A stretch of 64,000 nucleotides of DNA, taken from contig OX597829.1 of assembly GCA_951406725.2 (NCBI GenBank), positions 7,812,001 through 7,876,000 on the forward strand, in the 5' to 3' direction. This DNA comes from Octopus vulgaris. Its lineage: Eukaryota. A model generated the notes under the pieces. That model was not told the origin of the DNA, searched no databases, and saw only the letters and a list, made by a program, of their open reading frames with translations. Positions 38,551 through 51,679 of the stretch are shown here, one piece after another. Made by a program: the position numbers and the translations under genes. The stretch's first letter is position 1, and every line of letters begins with the position of its first letter.

Positions 38551-38890
38551 CAGCAATGCTCAGCTGGGATCCATATGACACCTCGGGGGTCTATATAATA
38601 TTTTGGGGGATCCACACAAGCCAAATAGTAAATAGGGTCCACAGTAGTTTGTTTCGGGTCCATGTAAAAATTTTGCTTTAGATATCAGTATTGCAAAGAA
38701 ACAGCAAGGGGTCTTTCTCTGATGTTTTGCATAGTTCAACCTACACAAGTTAAAGTGTGATAAACGAAATAGGAATTTTGAAAGAAGCTTGTCTAAAACT
38801 AGTTTTTAAACATTGAATGACCATGGGGGTCCTCTAGAATAAAATAGAAACCAAAGAGGTCCATAAATAAAAAATAGCTGAGAATCATTG
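38551..38890. mobile_element. Old hAT-like MITE
   Basis: Degenerate TIRs CAGCAATGCTCAGCT / AGCTGAGAATCATTG and repeated GGG(G/A)TCCA subterminal motifs; no TSD recognisable. Confidence 0.5.
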
Positions 38891-39582
38891 AGTGAGCTGG
38901 ATGCTGTCAACCCAATTATTTGATGACTACTTTACAATATCATCCCTGTAAAAAAAGAAAGGCAGAGTTGAGCTCAGCAGGAGCTGAACACAAAAATAAC
39001 ATATAATAAGGTATTCTGTCCAATGCTCTAATGACTCTGCCAAATTAACTAGTACTCCTTGCAAGGAAATGCCTTCATGATACAATTAAGATTTCAAGAT
39101 TTTCAGGTCATGGCTTCCCTTCAAATTTAAGCACAGCACAAGAGAAATCTTTATACGTTTACAAAACATCATATTTGCAGATAATTAAACAAATGTACTG
39201 ATTGTTATTATTATAATTTACTCATTCACCAATCCATTCATTGATCTCCATTTCAGCTGTTCAGTTTTCAAATGAAACACATCTCAACAAAATGAACTGC
39301 CAAATCACAATATTTATCTCAACGTGATTCCTGATTAAAATATCATCACCACTGCCACCACCATTAACACATTGGGCAGAATTACACAAAAAAACACAAA
39401 ATTATATACATTAAAAACTGTAAATTTCATAGAAAGTTATCTCACTACTCAAATTATACATAAATGAAAACATATATAAAACACACACATGGTATAGATG
39501 CATGTATGTGTGTGTGTGTACATCTTTACACAAATATATACTTATGTATATCAATGTGTGTGTACCTTCACACATGCATATC

Positions 39583-39645
<63 letters not shown>

Positions 39646-39651
39646 ATGTAT

Positions 39652-40085
39652 GTAGAAGGTTGAAAAGGAACACACGAGTTGATATACATATGGAAAAAAA
39701 GTCAAGGTAGAAAATACTAAATTAATTTTATAAAAAATCATTTCAGTACCAGTTTCAGTCATTGAGACTTCTTCAACTTTAAGTGTAGAAAACAATTAAA
39801 TTTTGGAAAAAAAAAAAAAGTTTTTCAAAAGAATATTTGTATGGTATTCAAATACAAGGGGCATTTTCCTTGTTTCTGCCACACAAGAGTAAACAAGAGA
39901 GACAGAGACAGGCAGAAGCAAGGAAGATGCCCCTTGTATTTGAATACTATGAAAATATTCTTTTAATATACTTTTCTTTTAATTTTTCCAAAATTTAATT
40001 TCGTTTTTGGATTTGGTTTGCAAGATTTTTTATATGAGTTCATGTGTTGAAGCATATTCTGTTGTGTCTGGGGAGAGTCATTCTC
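39652..40085. mobile_element. Diverged fold-back Penelope-type unit (arms ~39795-39880 and 39911-40000)
   Basis: Inverted arms; hammerhead-like motif on the minus strand at 39745-39778 (AG-TTGAAGA-AGTC..GACT-GAAA-CTGG-TA-CT). Confidence 0.65.
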
Positions 40086-40089
40086 ATAT

Positions 40090-40235
40090 ATCATCATCAT
40101 CTAATGTCCACCTCCCATGTTGGCATGGGTTGAACAGTTTGACTGGGAACTGACAATCCAGATGGCTGCACCAGACTCCAATCTGACCTGGCGGAGTTTC
40201 TACAGCTGGATGCCCTTCCTAACGCCAACCAGTCT
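40090..40235 (-). mobile_element. RTE-A 3' tail fragment
   Basis: (CAT)n..CATGGGTTG..TACAGCTGGATGCCCTTCCTAACGCCAACC. Confidence 0.85.
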
Positions 40236-40317
40236 CAGAGAGAGAGAGAGTGTATGTGTGTGTGTATGTATTTGAATGCATTAGGTATACATATATATAC
40301 CTAGTGCATTCAAATAC

Positions 40318-41085
<768 letters not shown>

Positions 41086-41488
41086 ATTCTTGTACACTAG
41101 CACACCTTTGCACTATGCAAATTAACTGCACAAATATATATGCATTCATATATACATATTTTACACAGAAATACATAGAAAGATGCATGCACGCATGCAC
41201 ACACTGTGTAGGAACTTGTTAAACACTCATATCGCCACCTCTGTACTGCCAATCAGCATCTTTCCTGCATGTGGCTATCAATTAGCATCCTTTCCTTATT
41301 CTAATCATCACCACCAAACCCCCAAACCCCCTGAACCCCATCATTCTCCTAATCAGTAAATTATTTTGTGATATTGAGAAATGAAAGTAGAACATAATAC
41401 AACCCAATTAACATCTCATATTCTTATTATTCCCCCACCCCATGTTTTCACCTCCCTATACTTGGCCATCATTTACTACATTCATTCA

Positions 41489-41525
<37 letters not shown>

Positions 41526-41894
41526 CACACACACATCAGAACACTTCGATCCATGTGTTTCACCTCTTACTCTTCTCTGAGACTCTTGCAAGCTTGTCCA
41601 TCCTTCCTGATTCTTTTTTATCTATATTCTCTTCTATTCACTTTCATTCACATGTTACCAATTAAGGTATGTACTGGTACCTCAAAACAAGCATATTTAC
41701 CATGTTTTGGGGCACCACTCCGGATCAGCCAATCAAAGCATGTAAACTGTGAAGTAATCATAGATCTCCTCCACAAAGTAAACTTATTCAGGCTTCTCTA
41801 AACACACTTTTACCTCTCAATACCTTGCTTAACCTTTAGCACACTGTTGTCATATTCAGTTGCCATGCAAATTTTTTCTCTTGCACCTATTCAG

Positions 41895-42330
41895 AAACTC
41901 GATCGACCAGCTCAGAGACACACTGACAATTTACAGAGAAGAATCAGCAAGGTTTGGTCTTCAGGTGAATCGAGTGAAAACCAAGCTGATGCATATCGGC
42001 AATGGCTCAGACCCTCTTCCTCTCCATATTGATTTTGTTGTTGTGGAGCTTGTCAGCTCCTTCGTCTATCATATGCAGCAGAAGATGTGACCATCACTTG
42101 GCACATAACACACAGACACACACACTCATGGTTGATTCTGCCCAGTGACAACCTTTCCAGACAGGATATCGACCGCATATGCACAGGCAACAACAATGGA
42201 GAGCTAACCCCAGAAATCAACCGCATATGTGTTCTACCTGATGGGATCATCTAAACCCTATGGAAGCCCCTCTGGTGCCACTGCTCTATCTCCCAGAAGA
42301 TGAAATGTTTATAATGATAGTGAGAACAAT
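41895..42330 (+). mobile_element. Degraded RTE-type RT fragment (third family)
   Basis: EESARFGLQVNRVKTKLM..VELVSSFVY matches RT domains 6-7. Confidence 0.6.
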
Positions 42331-42334
42331 GTAC

Positions 42335-43320
42335 TGAGTGGATACTATCATCCTTGGCTGGCTGGCTACTTTCAAGGAAAATACTGGCCCCAAGGAGGTA
42401 CCTGATGGCATTTCTGAAAAGCAACACTTCTGTCTCTTCCTTAATGCGCATCTGGTGTGTGTGTGGGGGGGGGAGGTGCTGCTGACTACTCATACATCAG
42501 CACATGGAAGGGCATCACCTTTGAAAAAATGAAAGCATTTCTAGCAATTTTGCTTCTGATTGGGCTTACTAAAAACTCATCAACAGATTTATACTGGTCA
42601 ACTGATGACTTTACTAAAATGCTAGACTTCAGAGAGAGATCTCTGAGAATCCTGTTCTTTTTTTCCATCTTTTGGACAACTCCAAAGTGAAAGAAAGGAA
42701 TCACTCTCATCACAATAGGGCACATAAGATCTGGCTGCTTTTTGAAAAGCTTGTGCCACTTTGGCAGAAATACTTTCATCCCAGAAAACATTTTCAGTTG
42801 ATGAAAGTATGATTTTTTTCAAAAGAAGAACAGACCTACAAATCTAGAAGCCAGCAAAAGCAACCAAGTGATGCCTGAAAATCTGTGGGGCTGGCTGACA
42901 CAAAAACTGGCTATATCTACAACTGGTAGTTGTACATGGGCTAAGAAATAGCCCAGGCACCAATGGCAGTTGGTGTTGTGGATTCTTTCCTCTTAGAGAA
43001 TGTGCAAAATAAGGAAAATATTATTTACATGGACAATTTTTTCATTGCCTGCATTATTTCAGGACCTAGCCCAACTCAGAACAAGAGTATGTAGCATATT
43101 ACATGTAAACTACCAGGTTATGCCTAATGAAATCAAAGCAGCAACACTCGAAGAAGGCAAGTCCATCATTACATTCAGAGATGGGCACATTTTGTACAAT
43201 TCCTGTAATGACAAAAGGCCAGTGAATCTATTAACAACTGTCCACTCTGATGAGACCTTCAGAAAAGAAGTTTTATAAGAAATGCCAAGACCATACTAGG
43301 ACTGTATAAAAAATCTCATC
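42335..43320 (+). pseudogene. Degraded piggyBac transposase
   Basis: W..ITFEKMKAFLAILLLIGL..YWSTD; SVDESMIFFKRR; LADTKTGYIYNW; YMDNFF; DKRPVNLLTTVH. Possible left end TTAA-CCTTTAGC at 41829-41840. Confidence 0.82.
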
Positions 43321-43704
43321 CATCAACTGTATAAATTGCTTATTCTATCTGATGAAGCAGTTAGATGTGAGGGGAAACACCCAGAAATTGATTCAGCAGA
43401 ATCTTTATTACAGTTGTTAATATTCACATATATATCAGTGTATGTATGTGTTTGTGTGTGCATATACAGATCTAATATAAAAAACAAAAACAAAACTATA
43501 ATTTAATATAACAATGCAACAGCTATTTTAAACAACTAATCACATATGTAAAATTTCAACGTTGTAGTGTACCACCATATGACCATAGAAAACTATTTAT
43601 AAATAGCACCCTTTCTGAGGGACACAGACTCTAATTTAATAAGTGTTAAACACAAAAGTTGATCACCAGAGCTATTAGTGAACTGTTTTCATCTTCAAAA
43701 GTAA

Positions 43705-44120
43705 ATGGCTGTGTGGTAAGTAGCTTGCTAACCAACCACATGGTACCGGGTTCAGTCCCACTGCGTGGCATCTTGGGCAAGTGTCTTCTGCTATAGCCCC
43801 GGGCCGACCAATGCCTTGTGAGTGGATTTGGTAGACAGAAACTGAAAGAAGCCTGTCGTATATATGTATATATATATGCATGTGTGTTTGTTTGTGTGTC
43901 TGTGTTTGTCCCCCTAGCATTGCTTGACAACCGATGCTGGTGTGTTTATGTCCCCGTTACTTAGCGGTTCGGCAAAAGAGACCGATAGAATAAGTACTGG
44001 GCTTACAAAAAGAATAAGTTCCGGGGTCGAGTTGCTCGATTAAAGGCGGTGCTCCAGCATGGCCGCAGTCAAACGACTGAAACAAGTAAAAGAGTAAAAG
44101 AGTAAAAGAGTAAAGAGTAT
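43705..44120 (+). mobile_element. Full-length tRNA-derived SINE S1
   Basis: A-box TGGCTGTGTGGT, B-box GGTTCAGTCCC, CTTGGGCAAGT CORE-like motif, internal TA/TG tract, LINE-D-like tail with (AAAAGAGT)n. Confidence 0.92.
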
Positions 44121-44424
44121 AAGCACTCTCTTGCTTATAAATCCTAATTATGTGTTGATTACACACACACTTCAATCTAAGAAGAAAGTTTATAGAAGTT
44201 GTTTAAAAATGCATTCATTTAAAGACAAAATAATCTTGTGTAGTAAAAATGATAATTACTAACAATGTTCGTTTAAAGATGTATTAGATTATAAACTATT
44301 TAATTAAAATTATCATTTGTAGGAAGGGATAAATTTAACACTAAATAAATTATTGCAGTGACTAATCTCAAGTGGACTAATCCATGATAATACATAATTT
44401 AGAGAATTACAGGAGATAATTTCA

Positions 44425-44660
44425 ATAAAAAGGGCCACTTAAATGTAGCCATGGTGGTGCCATGCAAATGCACCTATCAAAAGCACCCAGTACAATCTCT
44501 AAAGTGGTTGGCATTGGGAAGGGTAACCATAAAAAACCAAACCAAAACAGACAAATGGAGCCCAAGAAGCACTCCAGCTGGCCAACTCCAGTTGAACAGT
44601 CCAACAGATGCCAGCAAAGAGATCAGATATTAAATGATGATGATGATGATGATGACGATC
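44425..44660 (+). mobile_element. RTE 3' tail fragment
   Basis: AAAAGCACCCAGTACA..GTGGTTGGCATT.GGAAGGG..TAAATGATGATGAT. Confidence 0.8.
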
Positions 44661-45579
44661 AAGTGGATTCAATAACAGTATATGATGAACCATTGACTGT
44701 CCTCTAGAAGTTTCTAGAACTTAATTGGATGTAATTATTGTTACTCTAATGCTTATACAAACAAAATATTGAAGAATACAAAAAATACAAACGAGAAAGC
44801 ATCATGTCAGAAATATAGGCACAAAATTGGGCGATGAGTAAAGGGAGCTAGCAGAAGGCTTTCTCAGAGATAGTAGTTAATTTAGGTAAGTTTGGGGGGG
44901 AGTGAGGGTGAATTGGAGGATGGGTTGGGTGAACAGGAGAGTGGGGATTAACATCAATAATCACATTTTAGTCATGAACCAGTAATAATCACAGGAAGAT
45001 ATATTTAGGTTATTAAGAAAGGTCACCCAAATCTCAAGTTATTAAAACATTATGAAAAATGTTACAGACAATATCATTTTGTTTGTTCAGCACCAAAGCA
45101 GAATTTTACAAGGTGAACTTTGATTTATAATTTTTTTTTAAGCTGAAAAACAAAATGAAGATGTTACAAAGGCAATATTTTCCGTGATCATGAGTGTATG
45201 AGAGAGTCAGGGGTGGAGAGTCAGAAAGAGAGAGAGAGAGGAAATTCAGAGAGAGTCAGAGAGAGAGAAAGTGAAAGAGAGATCATCATCACCTTCACCA
45301 TTGTTGTCATCTGAATGCCCACTTTTCCATGCTTGCATCGGCCAGGACAGAATTTTTTGAGGCAGATTCTTTTATAGCTGGACGACGTGCTTCATGTTGC
45401 ACAGTTCACTTATTTCAAAGCAAGGTAACAGTTTCCCATGATTGGACATCATATATATAGACTGTTACCCAGTAAAGTATAATGTGACATACTGAAATAT
45501 AATTGCCAGTAAGATCTATAGTTAACTAGCAGAGAAAATGAAAATCATCTTGACTCATTTTCAACAAATCAAGTGAAAC

Positions 45580-45669
45580 ATTATTTACATCATTTATATT
45601 TGACGGATATTTGTCCTCATCTTGCTTGTTGTTAACACAACGTTTTGGCAGATATACCCTCCAGCTTTC

Positions 45670-45705
<36 letters not shown>

Positions 45706-45890
45706 TTGAAAAATACCTTAGGAATGAGAACCCAAGTTCGAAATTTCCGCAAGACACCCGAAGAAGGCTGAAGGGTGTATCTGCCAAAACATTGTGTTAA
45801 CAATAAACAAGGTAAGGACAAATATCTGTCAAATGCAAATAATGTAAATAATGTAAATAATTCCTCATCTCTTAAATATAGAACTGAAAT
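45580..45890. mobile_element. Fold-back Penelope-type unit around an (AAT)n spacer (arms ~45580-45668 and 45766-45850)
   Basis: Inverted arms; decayed hammerhead ACAC-CCGAAGA-AGGC..GCC-AAAA-CA-TT-GTGT at 45754-45797. The left arm preserves AAAACGTTGTGT. Confidence 0.7.
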
Positions 45891-45971
45891 CAAGTGATAT
45901 TTACAAAAAATACTTATTTTGGATTAAAGTTACTTTTTATTTTAAATTTAAAAATGCTATCTTTTCTTAAC

Positions 45972-46360
45972 AGGTAAGAAGCTTGCTTACCAACCACATA
46001 GTTCCAGGTTCAGTCCCACTGTGTGGTACCTTGGGCAAGTGTCTTTTATTATATCCTCAGGCCAACCTGTGAGTGGATTTAGTAGAGAGAAACTGAAAGA
46101 AGCTTGTTGTATATATGTATATGTATAATCTATGTGTGTGAGTCTTTGTCTGTGTTTGTCCCCCATCATCACTTAACAACCAGTGCTGGTATGTTTACAT
46201 AACAGTAACTTAGCAGTTTGGCAAAAGCGACTGATAGAATAAATACTAGGCTTACAATGAATAAGTCCTGGTATTGATTTGATTGGCTAAAACCCTCCAG
46301 GGCAGTGCTCCAGCATGGCTGCAGTCAAATGACTGAAACAAGAAAAACAATAATAAAGAA
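45972..46360 (+). mobile_element. tRNA-SINE S1 (diverged)
   Basis: Homologous to 43705-44120. Confidence 0.88.
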
Positions 46361-47599
46361 TCCAGTACATGATGGTTGTTGATTGGCTATTTAGTTTGAT
46401 CAGGTCAAACCCTGATTCATAAGCAGATTTATAATCAGAGATACCTCAGTTGGGCCCATTCAATATTTTCTCAGGCACATTAGCCAACATTCACTCTCTA
46501 CGATGGCAGGTGTGGTCTGAGGGAGAGTTGGATATCATTTCTAGTTGGTCAAGTAACTGCATAATAGCTTTCTCTGCTCATTAATTATAGATCTTACTGA
46601 CAGTTAGGTATATTTTAATATTTCACGGTATATTGTACTTTACTGCTAATAATGTATATATATTATTCAATTATTTTAAAGTATATTTTACTACTGATGT
46701 TGCATACATTGTTTTAACATTTCCCATTAAATTTTATTGGCAACAGTGTATAAATGGTTTCACATTTTGGTACAAGGCCAGAAGTTTCGAGAGAGAGAGA
46801 AAGTCAAGTATATCTACTCCAGTGTTCAACTGGTACTTATTTTACTGATCCTGGAAGGATGGAAGACAAAGTCGACCCCAGCAATGAAATGCCACTAAGA
46901 ATTTTGCCCGGCATGCTAATGATTCTGCCAGCTTGCTGCCAAAGTGTAATAATATTTAAAATATTGTAATATTTCAAATTGTCAACAAGTAAAACCAGGG
47001 AAAAAACTAAAGATTTATAAGCTCTTTCTCTTAAACAATATTTGGGGGAATGTTTGTGCTTAGTAGCATAATTGCTTTCTTTTTTAAAAGAAAAAAAAAA
47101 TGATTATTATTTCTGAACAATCAAGGATATCTGATCACAAGAAACAGTCAAGAAATCAGCTCTGATCAAAAATCTTGTTGCTTCTAAATTAAAGAAAGAA
47201 AGAAAGAAAGAAAGAAAAATGCTTTGCTATGACTCTTATGAAATGGCAGCAGATTGTTTTAACCAACAGTAATGAAATACTTTCTGCGCACACACGCATT
47301 TATTATCTTTTCAACTAACAATAAATGATGTTTCATTTCTATGAGAATTTGATACTTCATATAATAGAGGGAGCAGAATTACATAATCCATGCCATCAAA
47401 GAAATACAGATATGCTAGCTCTACTGATGTTGCTGAGGCTCAGACCTAAGTCGGAACCAAACATTAAAGACGATTCTTTTCTGCCTCAATGGCCCTACCC
47501 AATTTATTATAAAATAATCTCTTTCTTCCTTTCATCTATGTATAAATACACACACACACACACACATTGATATACACATAAGAAGAATACACGCATACA

Positions 47600-48227
47600 C
47601 ATGACTGTCTAGTAAGAAACTTGCTTCCCAACCACATGACCCCAGGTTTAGTCCCACCTTGGGCAAGTGTCTTCTACTATAACCACAGACTGACCAAAGC
47701 CTTGAGTGGATTTGGTAGACGGAAACTGAAAGAAGCCTGTCGTGTATATGTGTGCGTGTCTCATCATCATCATCATCTTCGTTTAGCGTCCGCTTTCCAT
47801 GCTAGCATGGGTTGGACGGTGCAACTGGGGTCTGGGAAGCCAGAAGGCTGCATCAGGCCCAGTCTGATCTGGCAGTGTTTCTACAGCTGGATGCCCTTCC
47901 TAACGCCAACCACTCCGTGAGTGTAGTGGATGCTTTTTACGTGCCACCGGCACAGGTGCCAGACGAGGCTGGCAAATGGCCACGATCGGATGGTGCTTTT
48001 TACGAGTCACCAGCACGGGGGTCAGGTGAGGCTGGCAATGGCCTGCCCCTTACCACTGCTTGACAACCAGTGTTGGTGTGTTTATGTCCCTGTAACTTCG
48101 CAGTTCAGCACGACAGTATCAGGCTTAAAAAGTAATGTTCCGGGGTCAATTCATTTGACTGAAAATTCTTCAAGTCGGTGCCCCGGCATGGTTACAGTGT
48201 AATGACTGAAACAAGTAAAAGATAAAG
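47600..48227 (+). mobile_element. tRNA-SINE S1 interrupted by an RTE-A 3'UTR (47762-48045, minus strand)
   Basis: SINE head at 47600-47760; insertion at the internal TG/TA tract; SINE resumes at ~48046. Confidence 0.85.
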
Positions 48228-48804
48228 CGTGTGTGTGTGTGCCCACTGGCACTCCTCCACCAGTTACGACAATGAGCGTTCCCATTGATCAGCACAACTG
48301 AGCAGCTTGCTCATGAAATTTATGTTGAAGTAGCTGGTCAGCCCAGGGCTATAGCAGAAAACACTTGCCAAAGGTACCATGCAGTGGGACCAAACCTAGA
48401 ACCATGTGGTTGGAAAGTAAGTTTCTTACAACAAAGCCATGCCTGAGCCACTAAAAGAAGTCGACCTTGGCAGAATTTGAACTCAGAACATAAAGACAGA
48501 AGAAACAACCAAAGCATTTTGTCCTTCACAGAACGGCTTTGCCAACTCACCTATATGTCAAATAAATTTTCTTCAATGCTGATACTTGAAGTAGATGGAG
48601 TTATAAATACTAATATATTCAACATTTGGCTAAAAAAGCCTTGGATGGAAAAAGATCAAAGGCTGCCCATGGGGAGATAAACTGATATCTTATGCAAACA
48701 TGATAGATGTTCTAACCATTATACCAAAAATCAATACTTGGAATCTTCTCCATCCATTTTGGAATCTTTGTTCCTATCAGCAAGAATTGCTAAATGTTTA
48801 CATT

Positions 48805-49045
48805 AGAAGAATTTAGAAACTTTTAGAAATACTAAGTAAATTAGTTTTTAACAGTGGAACTCAAAGTGCACAAAGCTATAAATAACAGCATGTAGAATAA
48901 GAGGTTAAGCTTTCAACTTTTTTTCATTCAAGGGATTTCTAACCGAATATGCTACATGTTATTACTTATACTATTTTTACTTCATGTTCCACTGTTAAAA
49001 ACAAATTATTTCATGTGTCTTGAAGTATTTACGTTCTTATAATAC
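48805..49045. repeat. Diverged ~240 bp palindrome (MITE-like)
   Basis: GTTTTTAACAGTGGAAC (48844) vs GTTCCACTGTTAAAAAC (48986); CATGTAG vs CTACATG. Confidence 0.6.
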
Positions 49046-49087
49046 ACACACAATGTGTACAGACATACATGCACACACACACACGCA

Positions 49088-50021
49088 CCCATCTCGACAG
49101 AGTGTAAGTACCTTGAGAGAAACGTTGGACCTAAGAAGCATCAGATGTGGTGTGCAAGAGAGCTGACTGCGCTGGTATGGTCATGTGGCGAAAATGGATG
49201 AGGACAGCTGTGTGAAAAAGTGCCACACCCTAGCAGCTGAGGGAACCTGTGGAAGAGGTAGACCCAGGAAGACCTGGGATGAAGTGGTGAAGCACGACCT
49301 TCGAACTTTAGGCCTTACCAAGGAAATGACTAATGACCGAGACTTTTGGAAATATGCCGTGCGTGAGAAGACCCGGCAAGCCAAATGAGACCATAATCTC
49401 GTGGCCTATGCCAGCCCACTTATGCATACCTTTTCCTTCTTTGGACACTAAAACTCAGCTTGCAAAGACCTGTTGAGGCAAGTGAAATCAAAATCAATTC
49501 GATGACTGGCATCTGTGCTAGAAGGGTGCAAAGCGCACCATACGAGTATGATCACTGACAGAGCGGCTAACCGGCTTCAGTGCCAGTGGCACTTAAAAGG
49601 TACCATTCGAGCGTGATCGTTACCAGCGTCGCCTTACTGGCACTAGAGCCTCATGCTAGTAGGGCATTAAGAGCACCATCCAAGCATGAACATTGCCAGA
49701 GCGGCTATCTTGCCTCCGTGCCGGTGGCATGTAAAAGACACCATTCAAGCATGATCATTACCAGCATCGCCTTACTGACACCCATGCCAGTGGCATGTGT
49801 AAAAGATTCGAGCGAAGTCGTTAACAGTACCGCCTGACTGGCCCCGTGCCGGTGGCACTAAAAAGCACGCACTACACTCTCGGAGTGGTTGGCGTTAGGA
49901 AGGTCATCCAGCTGTAGTCACATGAGATTAGTCACTCTGTCAGATCTGGTTCGCCAGCCCTCGGTTATTCGTCCAACCCATGCTAACATGGAAAGCGGAC
50001 GTTAAAACGATGATGATGATA
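49088..50021 (+). mobile_element. 5'-truncated RTE-A relative: C-terminus plus repeat-containing 3'UTR and (GAT)n tail
   Basis: LRWYGHVAKMDEDSCVKKC..GRGRPRKTWDEVVKHDL; internal 3'UTR repeats. Confidence 0.92.
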
Positions 50022-50364
50022 GAGACAGAGACACACACACACACAAATACATATATATCTCATTAACAAAATACATATCTTTTACATTATCCTTTATATA
50101 ATTTTACATTTGTCAAAATACAAAGTTTCAAAAGTTTGTGTTCCAATTCTTAGAGATACTGTTAATTCCTTCACTAAGAGTCTAGATTTATCTAGATGAT
50201 AATATTAATAATTATTAAATTAACTGATCCATTACAGATCCATTACCCTATTTTAATAGGTTTAGAAGGTGAGATCAGAGTTAATTCTATTACAGCTTTT
50301 TGAAATTTTGTGCAAAAAAATTAAGCTTTGATAAATTTGCTGGCACTTTTATCAATAATTATAG

Positions 50365-50646
50365 AGGTATACGCTGTGCTTGAGAAGGAAGGTCCATCAA
50401 GCCGGATGAAATCATGGCTGTGGCAGATACTGGTGTCACATGAGTGGCACCCATTCTGGGGACATATAAAAGCACCCATTACATTCTTGGAGGGGTTCCT
50501 GTGAGAAAGGACATCCAGCTGTAGAAACCATGCCAAATCAAACTGGAATCTGGTGCAGCTCCTCAGCCTACCAGCACTGTTCAAACTGTCCAACCCATGC
50601 CAGCATGGACAACGGACATTAAATGATGATGAGTATGATGATGATT
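50365..50646 (+). mobile_element. RTE 3' end fragment
   Basis: GTGCTTGAGAAG..CATCCAGCTGTAGAAAC..AACCCATGCCAGCATGG..GATGATGA. Confidence 0.82.
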
Positions 50647-51679
50647 ATGAATACCAACTGACTAAAACAATTTATTTCCCATACTCTCAAAATACAGCCA
50701 CCCAGAGAAAAAAATAAAAAAATCTGGAAATGATTTAGTATTCACAATTAGTTGTCTATCCTACTTTCAGATAAGTATCAAACATGAAGCTCATTAAAAT
50801 TTGACTTTGATAAATCAATATTTATAACATTCTTCTGGTTCAACTATACTCCCTTAGTTACTCAGTAAGAAATTAGGAATAAAGATGAAATAATTTTAAA
50901 TTTTCTGCATCATATAAGTTAGCTGCCTAATAATTATTATTAACTTAACAACAATACTAATACATTTTTATGTAATAATTTTACAATATATAAATTCCTC
51001 CTCCTTTCTACTGCTATTCTCTTGATAATTTAACTCTCACACGTTTGATCCAAACTTTTAACAAACTTATATAATGGTAACTTCGTCCTTTCTGATCATT
51101 ATTTTGACAACTCACACAAAAAAAAAATAAACCTTGGTGCTTTAGTAGCCATCTTTGTTTCCAACAACACACACACACATGCAACAATAGGAAGTATTCC
51201 CACATCACATCATTAAATTATTTTTGGTCTGCTACTACTAAAATATTAAAAAAAAAAAAAAAAAAGAAGTGTAAACCATCACCATCACTCCAACAAACAA
51301 GTAAAACAAATAAAAATTAAATGCCAGGACACCAAATAAATACTTTTGATAGCATCTTATAAAACTACTTATCTATGGCATTTAAATAGGTCTCATACAA
51401 CTTTCTGAAGACTTCTTTTTTTCTTTGAACATTCCATAAGTGACAGCACTGAAGAGGCATTCCCTAACCCAAATATAATTAGCTATTGTCTTCTACAAGA
51501 GCTTTGTTGTTTGTTTGAATCCCAGCTAATTTGGCTTCAGCTAATTTAGTTTTTGCCCTGCTTTCATTAGCTACAGAAACATTCATATTCATATCACATA
51601 TAACTTAGTAGCAATTTTATATTCATTCTATCTTTCTTTCCTTTTGTAATAATTTTATTTTATAATTGTAAAATCAGTG

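Noticed and set aside
43244-43275. CTGATGAG..GAAA hammerhead-like string
   Set aside because: No supporting stems I or III; lies in piggyBac coding remnant.
43705-43775. tRNA-like A/B boxes
   Set aside because: Head of a multicopy SINE; no full cloverleaf.
44066-44086. CAGTC..GACTGAAAC resembling hammerhead stem II plus GAAAC
   Set aside because: No upstream CUGANGA core; explained as the LINE/SINE 3' stem-loop.
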